A DNA stretch of 64,000 nt from Alphaproteobacteria bacterium (lineage in GTDB: Bacteria; Pseudomonadota; Alphaproteobacteria; SHNJ01): contig SHNJ01000010.1 of NCBI GenBank assembly GCA_004295055.1, positions 2,136-66,135 on the forward strand, given 5' to 3'. A program made the translations under genes and the position numbers. Positions 41,219-51,000 of the stretch are shown here, in pieces; positions within the stretch are counted from its first letter, which is position 1; each line of letters begins with the position of its first letter. The notes below the pieces were generated by a model, which saw only the letters and a list, made by a program, of their open reading frames with translations, was not told where the DNA came from and searched no databases.

Positions 41219-41940
41219 ATAGCCACAGCCGATAACAAACCCGGATGAGTTTCAGGAATAGTTTGGCCGGATGCCGCAAGCGCCATCGTTTGTTCTATGC
41301 GTGCGGCAATCAATTCAGCCAGTTTAACATTGGCCCTTGATTCGCATTCAATCGCGCTTTGCGGCTGCATAAAAATATTGGTAACGATGCGGTTGGAATT
41401 ATATCCGCGCGGACGCACCGATGGATCGCGTTCTTGATGCACCAGTAACGCCAAATTATTTTGCAGCCGATTGATATTGTAAAGACTCCAATCAGCGTTC
41501 TCGCAAAACAGAACTTTGGCCAAATAACCAAAACCTCTGCCGCTATCCGCCGCTATTTTCATTTCTGCAATCAGGCTCGGCAGTTTTTTTATCAATTCCA
41601 TTAATGGGGATTTTAATTTGGCAATTGCCGCCTCTTCTAATTGATGACTGTCCCCCGAATCCGTTTGGAACTGTCGTCCGGTTTCTAAAATAATATTGCC
41701 CAAGGTAATGCGTAAAGTCCGGCATTGTTGGGAGCGCACGATATTGCATTGCGCGCCGGCACTATCTTCGTATTGAATTTCGGCTATTGCCAAAATCTGG
41801 CATGCGTCGGCGGTGACAGTATTATATTCGATAAAGCCTGGTTTCATGAAATGACAAAGGATTGATCGATTTAGTGTAGAAGAAAATGGTGAAGAATTGA
41901 CAAACGGACAGTGATTGAAATATGCCACGAATTGAAACAA
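41215..41940 (-). CDS. 241-aa hypothetical protein.
   Basis: Intact ORF. No family was recognised. Confidence 0.4.
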   Translation of the reverse strand: MFQFVAYFNHCPFVNSSPFSSTLNRSILCHFMKPGFIEYNTVTADACQILAIAEIQYEDSAGAQCNIVRSQQCRTLRITLGNIILETGRQFQTDSGDSHQLEEAAIAKLKSPLMELIKKLPSLIAEMKIAADSGRGFGYLAKVLFCENADWSLYNINRLQNNLALLVHQERDPSVRPRGYNSNRIVTNIFMQPQSAIECESRANVKLAELIAARIEQTMALAASGQTIPETHPGLLSAVAI

Positions 41941-42131
41941 AATTCTATTTTTATGAAATTTAATATATAAATAACAAAGAATTGAATTTTAAAATTATAT
42001 AAATATCCTAAATGGATACATGCTCATATTGCTTTTTTACCGGCCATAGAATACACTTTTTACTGTAAAGGGATTATTTGTGCGCTGAGTGCCAAAACCC
42101 AAGAAGTGCAGGAATCAGTAAGGAGAATTTG

Positions 42132-42359
42132 ATGTCTGGTTTAGAAATTGCCGCTTATATCGGTTTATATGCATTGATCGTTCTGGTTGGTTTTGCCGCC
42201 ATTAATGCAAAAATGGCGAAAAATGCCGATGCCAAGCAGGAATCGTATATCGCGTTTGCAAATGAAAACATGGAACGTCCGCGCTTGGGAACTGGTCTAG
42301 GCCAGTCGCGCCCACAAAGCACATATGTAAAATTATCGTCGCAGCGTAAAGCCGGCTAG
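42132..42359 (+). CDS. 75-aa small membrane protein (one TM helix).
   Basis: MSGLEIAAYIGLYALIVLVGFAAINA is preceded by an aaggag RBS 7 nt upstream. A strong terminator lies 35 nt downstream. Confidence 0.4.
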   Translation: MSGLEIAAYIGLYALIVLVGFAAINAKMAKNADAKQESYIAFANENMERPRLGTGLGQSRPQSTYVKLSSQRKAG

Positions 42360-42392
42360 GAACGACAGGTTCGCTTGGTGGCGGACTATTTG

Positions 42393-42427
42393 TAAAAGCT
42401 GACCGATTTTTGGTCAGCTTTTTTGTT
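42393..42427. terminator. Rho-independent terminator (aaaagctgacc-gattttt-ggtcagctttttt), potentially bidirectional (serving yacG on the minus strand).
   Basis: 11-bp perfect stem flanked by A and T runs. Confidence 0.8.
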
Positions 42428-42429
42428 AT

Positions 42430-42606
42430 TTATTCTTCATCATCTGTTTGTTCCGACTCTACGGCGGGAATTGCATATACCTCACCCAGCCAGCGTCCCA
42501 AGTCAACATCGGCACAACGCTTGGAACAGAACGGCGCATGCGCCGCCGCCGCCGATTGGCCACAGATAGGGCAACTTTTTGATGATTTTGTTTTGGATTT
42601 AGCCAT
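42430..42606 (-). CDS. yacG: DNA gyrase inhibitor YacG (Zn-ribbon), 58 aa. It is absent from the ORF track because it is under 60 aa.
   Basis: The minus-strand translation is MAKSKTKSSKSCPICGQSAAAAHAPFCSKRCADVDLGRWLGEVYAIPAVESEQTDDEE. It carries the C-P-x-C ... F-C-S-x-R-C ... DLGRW signature of YacG. Its start overlaps the rng stop by 8 nt. Confidence 0.8.
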   Translation of the reverse strand: MAKSKTKSSKSCPICGQSAAAAHAPFCSKRCADVDLGRWLGEVYAIPAVESEQTDDEE

Positions 42607-43702
42607 TATTTTCTATTGAAAGCATTTGACCGCGGCGGGGACGAGTAATCTCGCACAGGCCAGCCTTAGTAAAGCCCAGCACTCGCGGCCGCAGAGGATC
42701 CAGTGCCATATCCGATTCCAATTTCTGTTGTATCATTAATCGATCGGAATTTTGTTTCATTTTCAGAAAATCAATCACAATAAGACCGCCGATATTCTTC
42801 AAGGCTATCAAACGCGCCAGCTCGGCAGTAATGGACCGATTAATTTCAGCAGCATCCATCAATGATCCAGAAGAATCTACGTCGATTGCCGTCAAAGTTG
42901 AAGTGATATCAAAACGCAAGCGCACACCATTAGGCAAATGTATATTTGTTTCACAAGCTTGATGCCAAGCATCCAAAATGTCATGTTCTAAGAATATATT
43001 ATCGCCTTTATACATTGATAATTTATTTTTCAAATCCGGCATTAAAACAAATTCTGATTCCAGTTCTTTGAAATAAATTCCCTGATCAACATAAACCTTG
43101 TCAATTTTGTCTAAAGTCTGGAAAAACCGGTTTAGATCAGTCCCGCCCGACCGCAATAAACCAGCATGATTTTGTTGTTCATAAGAAGTCTGTAAATCCA
43201 ACCATTCTTTTTGCTGCAATCGCGCTGTTTCCAACAAAATCGATGCATCGGCATATCTAGCTTGAGGGTTAACCTCGCCATTCCATCCCATATTCTTGAG
43301 AGCCTCAACAGAGGCAGAGAAGCTTTTTTCCATTCCCGGCGGCACGATAATATTATCTGCGTTCGGTTGGCATACTAAATACCGGTTTCGCAAATAAATG
43401 TCGGTCGTTAATGTTGGATCTTTCCCGTCAAAAGCCTGACGGCGGATTTGGGCCAGTATCCATGCGCCTTCTGGCGCAGATTTCGCGGATGCTTCCAAAA
43501 AACCGGTTCTTCCCTGTAAATCGCAAATGGCATGAAGCGGGGACAAACGTTTTATGACCTTAGTTTTATATATCGCCCCAATATCATTCGGACCGGGATT
43601 CGGCATACTTTGTCTTACCAATTGCCATAGCCCGCCATCATAACATAATGCAGCTTCGACAATAGTATCGGTCACATGAATGTAAACTTCAGCCGACGCC
43701 AT
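42599..43702 (-). CDS. rng: Ribonuclease E/G-family protein, short form (367 aa). The S1 and catalytic core are present but it ends before the Zn-link and small domain.
   Basis: The N-terminus aligns with RNase G S1 (NDIGAIYKTKVIKRLSPLHAICDLQGRTGFL). The DNase-I-like region is present (LTAIDVDSSGS...IARLIALKNIGGLIVIDFLKM). The start was chosen at MASAEV, whose ATG overlaps the maf stop (ATGA). Confidence 0.8.
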   Translation of the reverse strand: MASAEVYIHVTDTIVEAALCYDGGLWQLVRQSMPNPGPNDIGAIYKTKVIKRLSPLHAICDLQGRTGFLEASAKSAPEGAWILAQIRRQAFDGKDPTLTTDIYLRNRYLVCQPNADNIIVPPGMEKSFSASVEALKNMGWNGEVNPQARYADASILLETARLQQKEWLDLQTSYEQQNHAGLLRSGGTDLNRFFQTLDKIDKVYVDQGIYFKELESEFVLMPDLKNKLSMYKGDNIFLEHDILDAWHQACETNIHLPNGVRLRFDITSTLTAIDVDSSGSLMDAAEINRSITAELARLIALKNIGGLIVIDFLKMKQNSDRLMIQQKLESDMALDPLRPRVLGFTKAGLCEITRPRRGQMLSIENNG

Positions 43703-44268
43703 TATTTCACCAATCCCGCATGCTGTAACCATGGATAAATGTGTGCCAACGGCAAGCCCACAACGTTGTTATAACACCCGTTAATCCAAGGAATAAATCC
43801 TGCTGCACTACCCTGAATAGCGTATCCACCAGCCTTTCCATGCCATTCTTTACCGTCTAGGTATTGCTTTATTTCCTGCGGCTGCAAGCGTCTGAATTTC
43901 AATTTTGTGGTTGCTATATCCAAACTTATCTTTCCATCTGGATGCAATAAGCAAACTCCGCCCAATACGGTGTGACGGCGGCCAGATAATTTCTTCAAGC
44001 AATACTCCGCGGTCGCTATATCCTCCGCCTTAGGCAATATTTGATTGCCGCAAACCACCACTGTATCCGCTGATAAAATAAACGCTTTGGGATGGAGTTT
44101 TTGAACTTCTTGTGCCTTTTCCTTGGCCATGCGCCTGGCATATGTGGCTGGCCGCTCCCCATTCTCGGGGGATTCGTCAATTTGTGCAGGCACCACAAGA
44201 TCGGGTTTAACCCCTATTTGCTGCAACAATTGCAGGCGTCTTGGACTGGCGGAAGCAAGAATCAGCAT
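43702..44268 (-). CDS. maf: Maf-like nucleoside triphosphate pyrophosphatase.
   Basis: MLILASASPRRLQLLQQIGV...RHTVLGGVCLL...GKAGGYAIQG are Maf motifs. The start was set at the conserved Met (44268). Confidence 0.85.
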   Translation of the reverse strand: MLILASASPRRLQLLQQIGVKPDLVVPAQIDESPENGERPATYARRMAKEKAQEVQKLHPKAFILSADTVVVCGNQILPKAEDIATAEYCLKKLSGRRHTVLGGVCLLHPDGKISLDIATTKLKFRRLQPQEIKQYLDGKEWHGKAGGYAIQGSAAGFIPWINGCYNNVVGLPLAHIYPWLQHAGLVK

Positions 44269-44335
44269 TGAGTATATGGGGTTACCGTTATAGTTTAATT
44301 CCATAAAAATTAGGTGTATTATATACCATAAAACC

Positions 44336-46174
44336 ATGAATCAACAAAACCTGCAAAAATTCCAGCAAATATTAAAAACCGTAAATTGGCGCTTTGTGCT
44401 GAAAATGACGGTGGTTCTTGCCACTTTAATTATTTTTTTAGTCAGCTTGCTGTTTTTCTTGAATGATGACACATCGCAAAAAGACATAACGGAAGCAAGA
44501 TTGGCATTACGCACCAGCCTTAGTGGGTTGGCCACATTTGCATCCGATTATGATGGTGATAAAGTTCTAGAACCGCCATTCGCATCGGATTTAGACGGTA
44601 AAGTAACCGATACGATTGGTTATTTCATTCCGCCTTCCATTAATGTTAAACGCCATAATGCCCAGAAAAAACCTTATGTATATTGCGCCTGGGATTACGG
44701 GGCCAAAACCAATCCCGCCCGGTATTACATGTATAAAAACGAACATGGCGCAGCAGAAATTCTTGCTAACCCGGCACCAACTGCCATTTTAATGGCGTTG
44801 GTAGATCCTGGTCCCAATGGAAAGTACGAAACCAGATGTGAAAATATTCTGACGCCAAAGTCCTCAATAGGCGACGATATTGTTGAAACATTTAACCGAA
44901 CAGAAACTGAGCGGCTTGCTACGCAAAAGACAGCAACACCGCGCAAAAGTAATCGCAACTGCGCCTTCGGACAAATTTATATTTGGAATGAAGTGAAGCA
45001 GCAGTGGGAATGCAAAACACCTGCTGCGGAGCAAACAGCATCTATTCCAGCCGGATGTCCAACGGGTCAAGTACTGGTGGAGCGCAGTAAAAAAGTGCGT
45101 TGTGAAGCAATTGATAAAGTAGATCCGGAAATCGCCGCAGAAATGTCTTCTGCTGGCAGCGATAGTTCCATATCCAATAGCAATGTAAGTTCTACAGTAA
45201 CGGACAATACATCTAAAGATAAAACCAAAAACCAGAATTTAGCAGATAATGTAGTTTTACCATCGGCAGCAGGAAACAATACAGATACTGGCGATACAAA
45301 AACCACTAATAACGAACCTAATAACACCGAAACGACTTTTGTGGACCAGCAACCTTCTCGTATCTTGACCGGCCAGCACAATAGTTCATCCGGCATTCAG
45401 GATCCGAACACCGCCGTCCAACAAAAAATTCAAAACGCCAGGAACAGAAAAAATCTTATAGTGAGAACTCCTAGCCCAGGAGAAAGCATTAATGCTGCTT
45501 TTGAAGAAGATTTTAATGATGATCAGGATAAAGGAACTATAAGTGCCTCGGGCCAGAAAGGCAGCAATTTAATCGCTGGACAGGCAAACCAAGACGGCCA
45601 AACAGAAGAATCATCCGTTGAAATGGAAATCAAAAAACGTAAAAGGAATTTTAAATTAAAAAGCTGCAATCCGTGGCTGTACCTGCCACGTTCTACGGGT
45701 GTCGTAAATCAATGTATTCGCTCTAATGCCTTTGGGGACTTTTTTGGTAATGTCGCCCGAACGACATCTTGGCCGGCGGCGCGCACTTTTTTACAAGGAG
45801 CATTCTTATTCTGCCCTGTAGGCAATTATGGGGAGAAAAGACCTTGCCAGTTGATGGCTTTCGATAAGAATTTGTTTGTTACCAGAACCCCGCCCAGTGT
45901 GTTTAATCAAGACGGCTATATTTGCGCGCGGATGTTCAATCCCCTACCCGCGCCATGGCCACAATTCGAATCATTTATCTATAGCGAATCCATCCCAAAT
46001 GGACCACGCTGCCGGTATGATCAAGTGCCATTTATGGATCACTCCACTAATCCTCCATCGATTATGTGCATGAATCTGCCGGAACTGATCGATGCCTATA
46101 ACCACAATGGTTATTGTGGATGCGGCTGGTCCCTAATTTGGAATCCAAGCACCTCCAAGCTGGAGTGTTCTTAA
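44336..46174 (+). CDS. 612-aa hypothetical membrane-anchored protein with an N-terminal TM helix, a central Ser/Thr/Asn-rich low-complexity region and a Cys-rich C-terminal domain.
   Basis: TM segment MTVVLATLIIFLVSLLFFL. Low-complexity region SSAGSDSSISNSNVSSTVTDNTSKDKTKNQN...NNTDTGDTKTTNNEPNNTETT. About 14 Cys in the last 200 aa. Confidence 0.5.
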   Translation: MNQQNLQKFQQILKTVNWRFVLKMTVVLATLIIFLVSLLFFLNDDTSQKDITEARLALRTSLSGLATFASDYDGDKVLEPPFASDLDGKVTDTIGYFIPPSINVKRHNAQKKPYVYCAWDYGAKTNPARYYMYKNEHGAAEILANPAPTAILMALVDPGPNGKYETRCENILTPKSSIGDDIVETFNRTETERLATQKTATPRKSNRNCAFGQIYIWNEVKQQWECKTPAAEQTASIPAGCPTGQVLVERSKKVRCEAIDKVDPEIAAEMSSAGSDSSISNSNVSSTVTDNTSKDKTKNQNLADNVVLPSAAGNNTDTGDTKTTNNEPNNTETTFVDQQPSRILTGQHNSSSGIQDPNTAVQQKIQNARNRKNLIVRTPSPGESINAAFEEDFNDDQDKGTISASGQKGSNLIAGQANQDGQTEESSVEMEIKKRKRNFKLKSCNPWLYLPRSTGVVNQCIRSNAFGDFFGNVARTTSWPAARTFLQGAFLFCPVGNYGEKRPCQLMAFDKNLFVTRTPPSVFNQDGYICARMFNPLPAPWPQFESFIYSESIPNGPRCRYDQVPFMDHSTNPPSIMCMNLPELIDAYNHNGYCGCGWSLIWNPSTSKLECS

Positions 46175-46175
46175 A

Positions 46176-46430
46176 CTATTGAACGGAACCGGTTGGACCG
46201 CCACTGCTACCCGGTTTGTGACGGAAAGTAATGCGCCCTTTGGTTAAATCATAGGGCGTCATTTCAATCGTAACGCGATCCTCTAATAAAACGCGAATTC
46301 TATTTTTGCGCATTTTACCTGAAGCATGCGCCAAAATATCGTGACCATTGTCCAGCTTCACCCGGTACATAGCGCTGGGCAAAATTTCGGTTACAGTTCC
46401 TTGAAACTCAATTGGCTCTTCTTTTGCCAT
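46176..46430 (-). CDS. infA: Translation initiation factor IF-1 (with a ~12-aa C-terminal extension).
   Basis: [70 protein letters not shown] is near-identical in pattern to bacterial IF-1. Confidence 0.9.
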   Translation of the reverse strand: MAKEEPIEFQGTVTEILPSAMYRVKLDNGHDILAHASGKMRKNRIRVLLEDRVTIEMTPYDLTKGRITFRHKPGSSGGPTGSVQ

Positions 46431-46490
46431 TTTATCCTCTTTTGATAGGCGCAAGTTAGGCAAAATCGCGGATTTTTGCAAGTCCCAAGA

Positions 46491-46937
46491 TTAATATTTA
46501 GGAAGGGCATAAAAGAAGCGTGACTTGATACGTTTTTCCAGATCATCCCGGCAGGCCCGAAAAGCCATCATAATTTGCTGTCTAGTGCCTTCTTCCCGGC
46601 TTGGGTCTTCAACAAACCAGAATTCTAACTCTGGCCTGTGATTGGATAATTCCGCAATTTTTGCACGGGCCATTCCCGCAGCTTCTTGAGACAGCGCGAT
46701 CACAAGATCATATTGCGATACATCAACATCTTCAAAAGTCTTGGCAAAATGTGGGATTAGGTTCAGTCCAACTTCTTCACAAACCCCAAAAGCAAATGGA
46801 TTTAATTCATCTTTCTCAATTCCGCAAGCATCGGCTTGTACATTCCCTTCCAATTTCTGGCGCACTAATGCAGCCGCAATTGGAGAGCGAATCGAGTTTT
46901 TATTACAAGCAAACAATACAGATTTTGGTTGGGCCAT
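46491..46937 (-). CDS. Low-molecular-weight protein-tyrosine phosphatase / arsenate-reductase-family protein.
   Basis: A C-x5-R P-loop (VLFACNKNSIRSPIAAAL) lies near the N-terminus and a DP motif later. 148 aa. Confidence 0.72.
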   Translation of the reverse strand: MAQPKSVLFACNKNSIRSPIAAALVRQKLEGNVQADACGIEKDELNPFAFGVCEEVGLNLIPHFAKTFEDVDVSQYDLVIALSQEAAGMARAKIAELSNHRPELEFWFVEDPSREEGTRQQIMMAFRACRDDLEKRIKSRFFYALPKY

Positions 46938-47008
46938 AACGCAAACAATTATTTATTAGTGTAAGACACTGATATTCATAATATTATTTAGAATTATTGC
47001 AAGGTTTT

Positions 47009-47527
47009 TCAAGATGATCTGTGGATAGTAGAAAGCAATGCAAAGAGATGCCTTGCCGTCATGAAATCAATCTCCATGGCTGGCTTTAGCATAGAAATTA
47101 ATTGATCTGCCGCATCATTATGCAGTCCCCGGCGGCCCATATCGATAGACTCTAGCCGGGCCTGACCGCCTTCCTTTAAGGCCGATTTGTAACTATCGCA
47201 GATTTTTAAGTAGTCAGAAAGAATAGGTTTAATAACCGCGTACGGGATGGAGCACTGGCATATTACATCCTCTCCATTCTCATTTTCTACCGCCAATCCA
47301 TAATGATCAGCCCCAGCGGTTATTTTAAAGTGACAGTTTTTAAAAAAACTAGACTGCGAAACAGGTAAATGAATATTCTGATCCGCCAATAGATCACTTT
47401 TTAGAATCTCAATTTCTTGGGCAATCGTCAAAACATCGCTATCTCTAACTGAAGGCGTATAAAAAACCTCCATAGTAACAATATGCAATTTACTTTTTAG
47501 AATTTTAGATTGGGCTACAGAAGGCAT
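47009..47527 (-). CDS. Conserved hypothetical protein, 172 aa (possibly UPF0262-like).
   Basis: Intact ORF co-oriented with murA and neighbours. The family assignment is tentative. Confidence 0.45.
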   Translation of the reverse strand: MPSVAQSKILKSKLHIVTMEVFYTPSVRDSDVLTIAQEIEILKSDLLADQNIHLPVSQSSFFKNCHFKITAGADHYGLAVENENGEDVICQCSIPYAVIKPILSDYLKICDSYKSALKEGGQARLESIDMGRRGLHNDAADQLISMLKPAMEIDFMTARHLFALLSTIHRSS

Positions 47528-47529
47528 GG

Positions 47530-47997
47530 TTATGCGATCTTATGGCTGGGTACAAATTTAGTTGGCCATGGCTCTGCCATGTCTTGCAATACACAAGAAA
47601 GACAATCAATTTCAATTTTTACTACACCGTCACCCGCAAAAAATAATGAAATGTTTTTTTCATTATCCGCGAAAATAGTCAGCAAGGATAAGATCAGGTT
47701 CTTATCCTCTCTATCAATTCCTTTGTATTGTACCGATTTTACATTGCCAATAACAAAGGCCGTATGTCTACGGGCTGCGGAATGAGTTTTATCTATATTC
47801 TGGCAGGATTTTTCCCAGCAAAACCGGCTTGCGATTAGAGCAAATTGATGAGTGTTGGTACTGGGAGAAGGCAAAAAAGCCATATCAACCACAGGAACCA
47901 GAGCATCCTGCAACAACATTGCAACCACCGATAAGTCTTCCACATCCTCGACGCGAAGTTTAAGAATGGTATCGTTATTGGTTGTTTCTGTCATCAA
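47530..47997 (-). CDS. Conserved hypothetical protein, 155 aa (possibly DUF2948-like), translationally coupled to murA.
   Basis: Intact ORF. Its start overlaps the murA stop by 4 nt. Confidence 0.45.
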   Translation of the reverse strand: MMTETTNNDTILKLRVEDVEDLSVVAMLLQDALVPVVDMAFLPSPSTNTHQFALIASRFCWEKSCQNIDKTHSAARRHTAFVIGNVKSVQYKGIDREDKNLILSLLTIFADNEKNISLFFAGDGVVKIEIDCLSCVLQDMAEPWPTKFVPSHKIA

Positions 47998-49280
47998 CCT
48001 CTGATCCGCTCAATACTCGCGCCGCAGGCTGACAGTTTTTCTTCCAGATGCTCATAACCGCGGTCTAGATGATAAATGCGATTCACGACCGTTTCACCAT
48101 TTGCGGCAAGTCCCGCAAGAACCAAGGATACCGAAGCGCGTAAGTCGGTGGCCATTACTTGCGCCCCTTTTAATTGTTTAACGCCTTTTACAATAGCCTT
48201 GGAACCATCGACTTTGATATCTGCACCCATGCGCATTAATTCTGGAACATGCATGAAGCGATTTTCAAAAATAGTTTCAGTAATCTCGGACTCACCCTCG
48301 GCCAAAGTCATCAGCGTCATCATTTGCGCCTGCAGATCCGTTGGAAACCCAGGAAATGGTGCAGTGGTTATATGCGTTGCTTTTATATGGCCATCTTTCT
48401 TGACTGTAATGTTATTGTTGGAAGCCGTAATTTTTACGCCGCAATCTTTTAATTTGGATACCAAGGCCTCTATATCGGATTCATTGATTCCTTGCAGCGT
48501 TAATTCGCCACCGCAAATTGCCGCCGCAACAGCATAAGTGCCAGCTTCAATACGATCCGCACAAATATTATGAATGGCCTTATGTAATTTGGAAACACCA
48601 TCGATAATTAATGTATCAGAATTAACACCAAAGATCTTGGCACCCATAGCATTCAAACATCTAACCAAATCGGTTATTTCCGGTTCACGCGCCGCATTAT
48701 GAATAATAGTGCGGCCTTTGGCCAAACTTGCGGCCATTAATGCGTTTTCTGTTGCACCTACTGATACAAAGGGAAATTCTATTTCAGAACCAATCAAACC
48801 GTTCGGAGCATTTGCGTGCATATACCCGTCTTGTAACTCAATCTTAGCGCCTAAAGCTTCCATCGCTTGAATGTGAAGATCCACTGGACGGGTTCCAATC
48901 GCACAACCACCAGGCAAAGAAACCATTGCCTTACCACAGCGTGCCAATAAAGGACCAAGAACTAAAACACTGGCGCGCATTTTACGCACCAGTTCGTAGT
49001 CCGCCTTAGTAAAGGCAATGTTGCCGGCGTCTAAACTTAGCACTCTACCATGGTGGCCGTTATCATTGGTTTCGCTGCCATCCATGCCAATGACAACGCC
49101 CAGAGAAGCCAGCAATGTAGCCATGGTTGTGACGTCCGCCAAATGCGGAACATTGGTAAGTGTCAAGGGCTGCTCTGATAATAAGCAAGCAGTCATCAGC
49201 GGCAAAGTTGCATTCTTAGCACCGCTGATTTTTACAGTACCATGCAATTCTTTCCCACCGATAATACGTATTTTATCCAT
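47994..49280 (-). CDS. murA: UDP-N-acetylglucosamine 1-carboxyvinyltransferase.
   Basis: [29 protein letters not shown]... and the catalytic Cys region ([14 protein letters not shown]) are present. 428 aa. Confidence 0.95.
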   Translation of the reverse strand: MDKIRIIGGKELHGTVKISGAKNATLPLMTACLLSEQPLTLTNVPHLADVTTMATLLASLGVVIGMDGSETNDNGHHGRVLSLDAGNIAFTKADYELVRKMRASVLVLGPLLARCGKAMVSLPGGCAIGTRPVDLHIQAMEALGAKIELQDGYMHANAPNGLIGSEIEFPFVSVGATENALMAASLAKGRTIIHNAAREPEITDLVRCLNAMGAKIFGVNSDTLIIDGVSKLHKAIHNICADRIEAGTYAVAAAICGGELTLQGINESDIEALVSKLKDCGVKITASNNNITVKKDGHIKATHITTAPFPGFPTDLQAQMMTLMTLAEGESEITETIFENRFMHVPELMRMGADIKVDGSKAIVKGVKQLKGAQVMATDLRASVSLVLAGLAANGETVVNRIYHLDRGYEHLEEKLSACGASIERIRG

Positions 49281-49288
49281 GGTTCCAA

Positions 49289-49843
49289 CTATAGTTTAGG
49301 CAAAGTGACGCCTTGTTGTTTCATATATTTTCCAGAACGATCTTTGTATGAAATTTCACACGGCTTATCGCCCTGGAAAAACAAAAATTGGCAAATACCT
49401 TCATTGGCATAAATTTTGGCCGGTAATGGAGTAGTATTAGAAATCTCAATAGTCACATGCCCTTCCCATTCTGGCTCTAGAGGCGTGACGTTCACAATGA
49501 TACCGCACCGCGCATACGTACTTTTACCAAGGCAGACCACCAGCACATCGCGCGGAATGCGGAAATATTCAATGGTCCTTCCCAACGCAAAAGAATTTGG
49601 AGGAATAGTGCAAATATTGGTATTTTTATCGACAAAGCTGCTAGGCGAAAAATCTTTTGGATCGACCACAGCCGATTCTAAATTGGTAAAAATTTTAAAT
49701 TCTGGGGCAATGCGCGCATCGTATCCATAAGATGACAAACCATAAGATATCATACCCTCGCGTTTTTGCGCCTCTACAAACGGTTCAATCATTTTTTGCT
49801 GAGTCGCCAAGCGACGGATGCTGGCATCGGATAAAATCGACAT
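49289..49843 (-). CDS. dcd: dCTP deaminase.
   Basis: [12 protein letters not shown]...[11 protein letters not shown]...the dUTPase-like fold signature. 184 aa. Confidence 0.9.
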   Translation of the reverse strand: MSILSDASIRRLATQQKMIEPFVEAQKREGMISYGLSSYGYDARIAPEFKIFTNLESAVVDPKDFSPSSFVDKNTNICTIPPNSFALGRTIEYFRIPRDVLVVCLGKSTYARCGIIVNVTPLEPEWEGHVTIEISNTTPLPAKIYANEGICQFLFFQGDKPCEISYKDRSGKYMKQQGVTLPKL

Positions 49844-49905
49844 ATTTGCCCCTATTACTATAGATCTAAGGCTTATATATATCGATAGGTTTTAGAGCAA
49901 GTATT

Positions 49906-50175
49906 TTAAGCGTGAGCTGTTTTGGAGCGAGTTGATCGCCTTATTAAAGTAAGCCAAAACATAAAAGAAAGTACGCCGGATAGCCAGCCGCCATAATATC
50001 TTGAGGAAAATTCTAGAAAGTCAATCAATGGATCCATGCCCAGACTGAGGCAGATTTTGATAAAGAAATCACCTGGATAGAAATATAACCAATGAATCCA
50101 AGCACTAACATCGTCCGGCGTCACAATACCGTCCGCATTCATGTCCTTAGTGAAAAACCACAGCCTTGATTCCAT
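49906..50175 (-). CDS. 89-aa hypothetical small membrane protein.
   Basis: ORF with two hydrophobic segments. There is no homology evidence and it lies in an AT-rich region beside the tRNA. Confidence 0.3.
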   Translation of the reverse strand: MESRLWFFTKDMNADGIVTPDDVSAWIHWLYFYPGDFFIKICLSLGMDPLIDFLEFSSRYYGGWLSGVLSFMFWLTLIRRSTRSKTAHA

Positions 50176-50485
50176 CCTAGCACCATCACGTCAGCCTTTA
50201 TGCTTATTTATATTTTGCTGCGTTGTAAGAATATAATATCAAGTAAAGAATAATAGTTTGATAATTAAACATAAAATTCAAGGCAATTTTATAATTTGCT
50301 CTGTTTTTACAGATCTTTGCTTTTTCTGATTTTTTCTTTTCTTGATATTTTGCTGCAAAGCCGTCGCTAGGCGTTGTTTTTGCTTTTCTTTATGAGTTTT
50401 CTTCATGAACTGAATTAATGAATATTGGCCTTGCCAAATCAAGTAAGAAATGGCATGTTGCCCCAGCTTTTTAGAAGCCCTAGAA

Positions 50486-50560
50486 GCTGCCGTAGCTCAG
50501 TGGTAGAGCACCATCTTGGTAAGGTGGGGGTCGGAAGTTCAATCCTTCTCGGCAGCACCA
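50486..50560 (+). tRNA. tRNA-Thr (anticodon GGT), 75 nt including the encoded CCA.
   Basis: Cloverleaf: acceptor stem GCTGCCG/CGGCAGC, D-arm GCTC-AGTGGTA-GAGC, anticodon arm CCATC-TTGGTAA-GGTGG, T-arm CGGAA-GTTCAAT-CCTTC (4 bp with one mismatch), then CCA. Confidence 0.88.
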
Positions 50561-50793
50561 GTTTCCCAAATATTACTTAAGTGTATGATATATCAATATT
50601 ATTGCTATGCACCATGATTTTGCATCGCAAGGCTGATTGGCTATTGCCAAATTCATTCCAGGTATTATAAATTACATTTAACAGATTATACGTTTCGATT
50701 ATTTGTTAAAATATCGATTTTTGATTGTAGTAACTAAAAATGAAAAAGTGAGTTGAACAGAGATTTTTGCCCTTATTCCTCTAGCATTTTAAA

Positions 50794-50826
50794 AACCCAG
50801 CCAATTTAACAGCTGGGTTTTTTATT
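50794..50826. terminator. Rho-independent terminator (aaaaacccagc...gctgggtttttta) at the distal end of the phage lysis module.
   Basis: GC stem cccagc/gctggg with an A-run 5' and a T-run 3'. Confidence 0.6.
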
Positions 50827-51000
50827 GGTCATGAAATGGCAAGACAAGCACGAATTTGCTGACGCAAAACAAAATAATCCTTCATCATTTTTTTTAAAAT
50901 ATTTTTTGCTGGTAAAATTCGTAATTGTTTTACCGCGCTTTCCTCTTCGATGTGAGAATAAATTACTAAGGAAGGACAATAATTTAACGGATGCACATTA

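Noticed and set aside
42599-43732. ORF-track start of rng at 43732 (MVTACGIGEIM...), overlapping maf by 31 nt.
   Set aside because: The internal Met (MASAEV) gives the classic ATGA start/stop overlap with maf and aligns with the RNase G N-terminus. The upstream 10 codons are probably not translated.
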